Shown here one piece after another: positions 34,348 through 34,396 of a DNA stretch of 34,396 nt. The notes beneath the pieces are model-generated. The model was not told where the DNA came from. It did no database searches and was given only the letters and a program-made list of their open reading frames with translations. Location of the stretch: contig MFUO01000006.1 in assembly GCA_001786995.1 (NCBI GenBank), positions 1 to 34,396 of the forward strand, written 5' to 3'. Both the position numbers and the translations under genes were made by a program. Numbering within the stretch: the first letter of the stretch is position 1; each line of letters begins with the position of its first letter. The stretch comes from Candidatus Nomurabacteria bacterium RIFCSPLOWO2_01_FULL_33_17. GTDB taxonomy: Bacteria; Patescibacteriota; Minisyncoccia; Phycocordibacterales; UBA9973.

Positions 34348-34396
34348 CAACTTTTAATTTACTTTGTTCAAATTAAAAGTTAAGCCCTTAATCTTT

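Overview
AT-rich bacterial window in the standard genetic code (TGA is used as stop). Compact housekeeping content, archaeal-type AspRS, C-minus L36 and absent Shine-Dalgarno sites suggest Patescibacteria/CPR (Parcubacteria-like); this taxonomy is inference. Contents: tRNA-Arg(UCU) and tRNA-Ala(UGC); a small-ORF/lexA/RhuM-Fic operon; infA-rpmJ-rpsM-rpsK-rpsD-rpoA-rplQ-rplM-rpsI; NlpC/P60-like and NYN genes; grpE; recR-dnaB; trpS-trpR; an ABC transporter; a frameshifted alpha/beta hydrolase; aspS-scpA-scpB-mraY-ftsW; an NDH-2-like gene; obgE; gatB; gap; msrB. The most unusual signals are non-coding. (1) Both tRNAs are followed by the same composite element: an identical 77-bp core flanked by segments copied, sense and antisense, from each host tRNA's own 3' end. 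(2) A predicted ~75-nt repeat-containing RNA converges on the NYN ribonuclease gene, resembling a toxin/RNA-antitoxin pair. (3) Several families of short palindromes occur, including three copies around a wHTH gene, two in-frame palindromic insertions inside proteins, and a MITE-like insertion with a 5-bp duplication at a start codon. (4) Leaderless promoter architecture is pervasive. All calls were made by eye; no searches were run.
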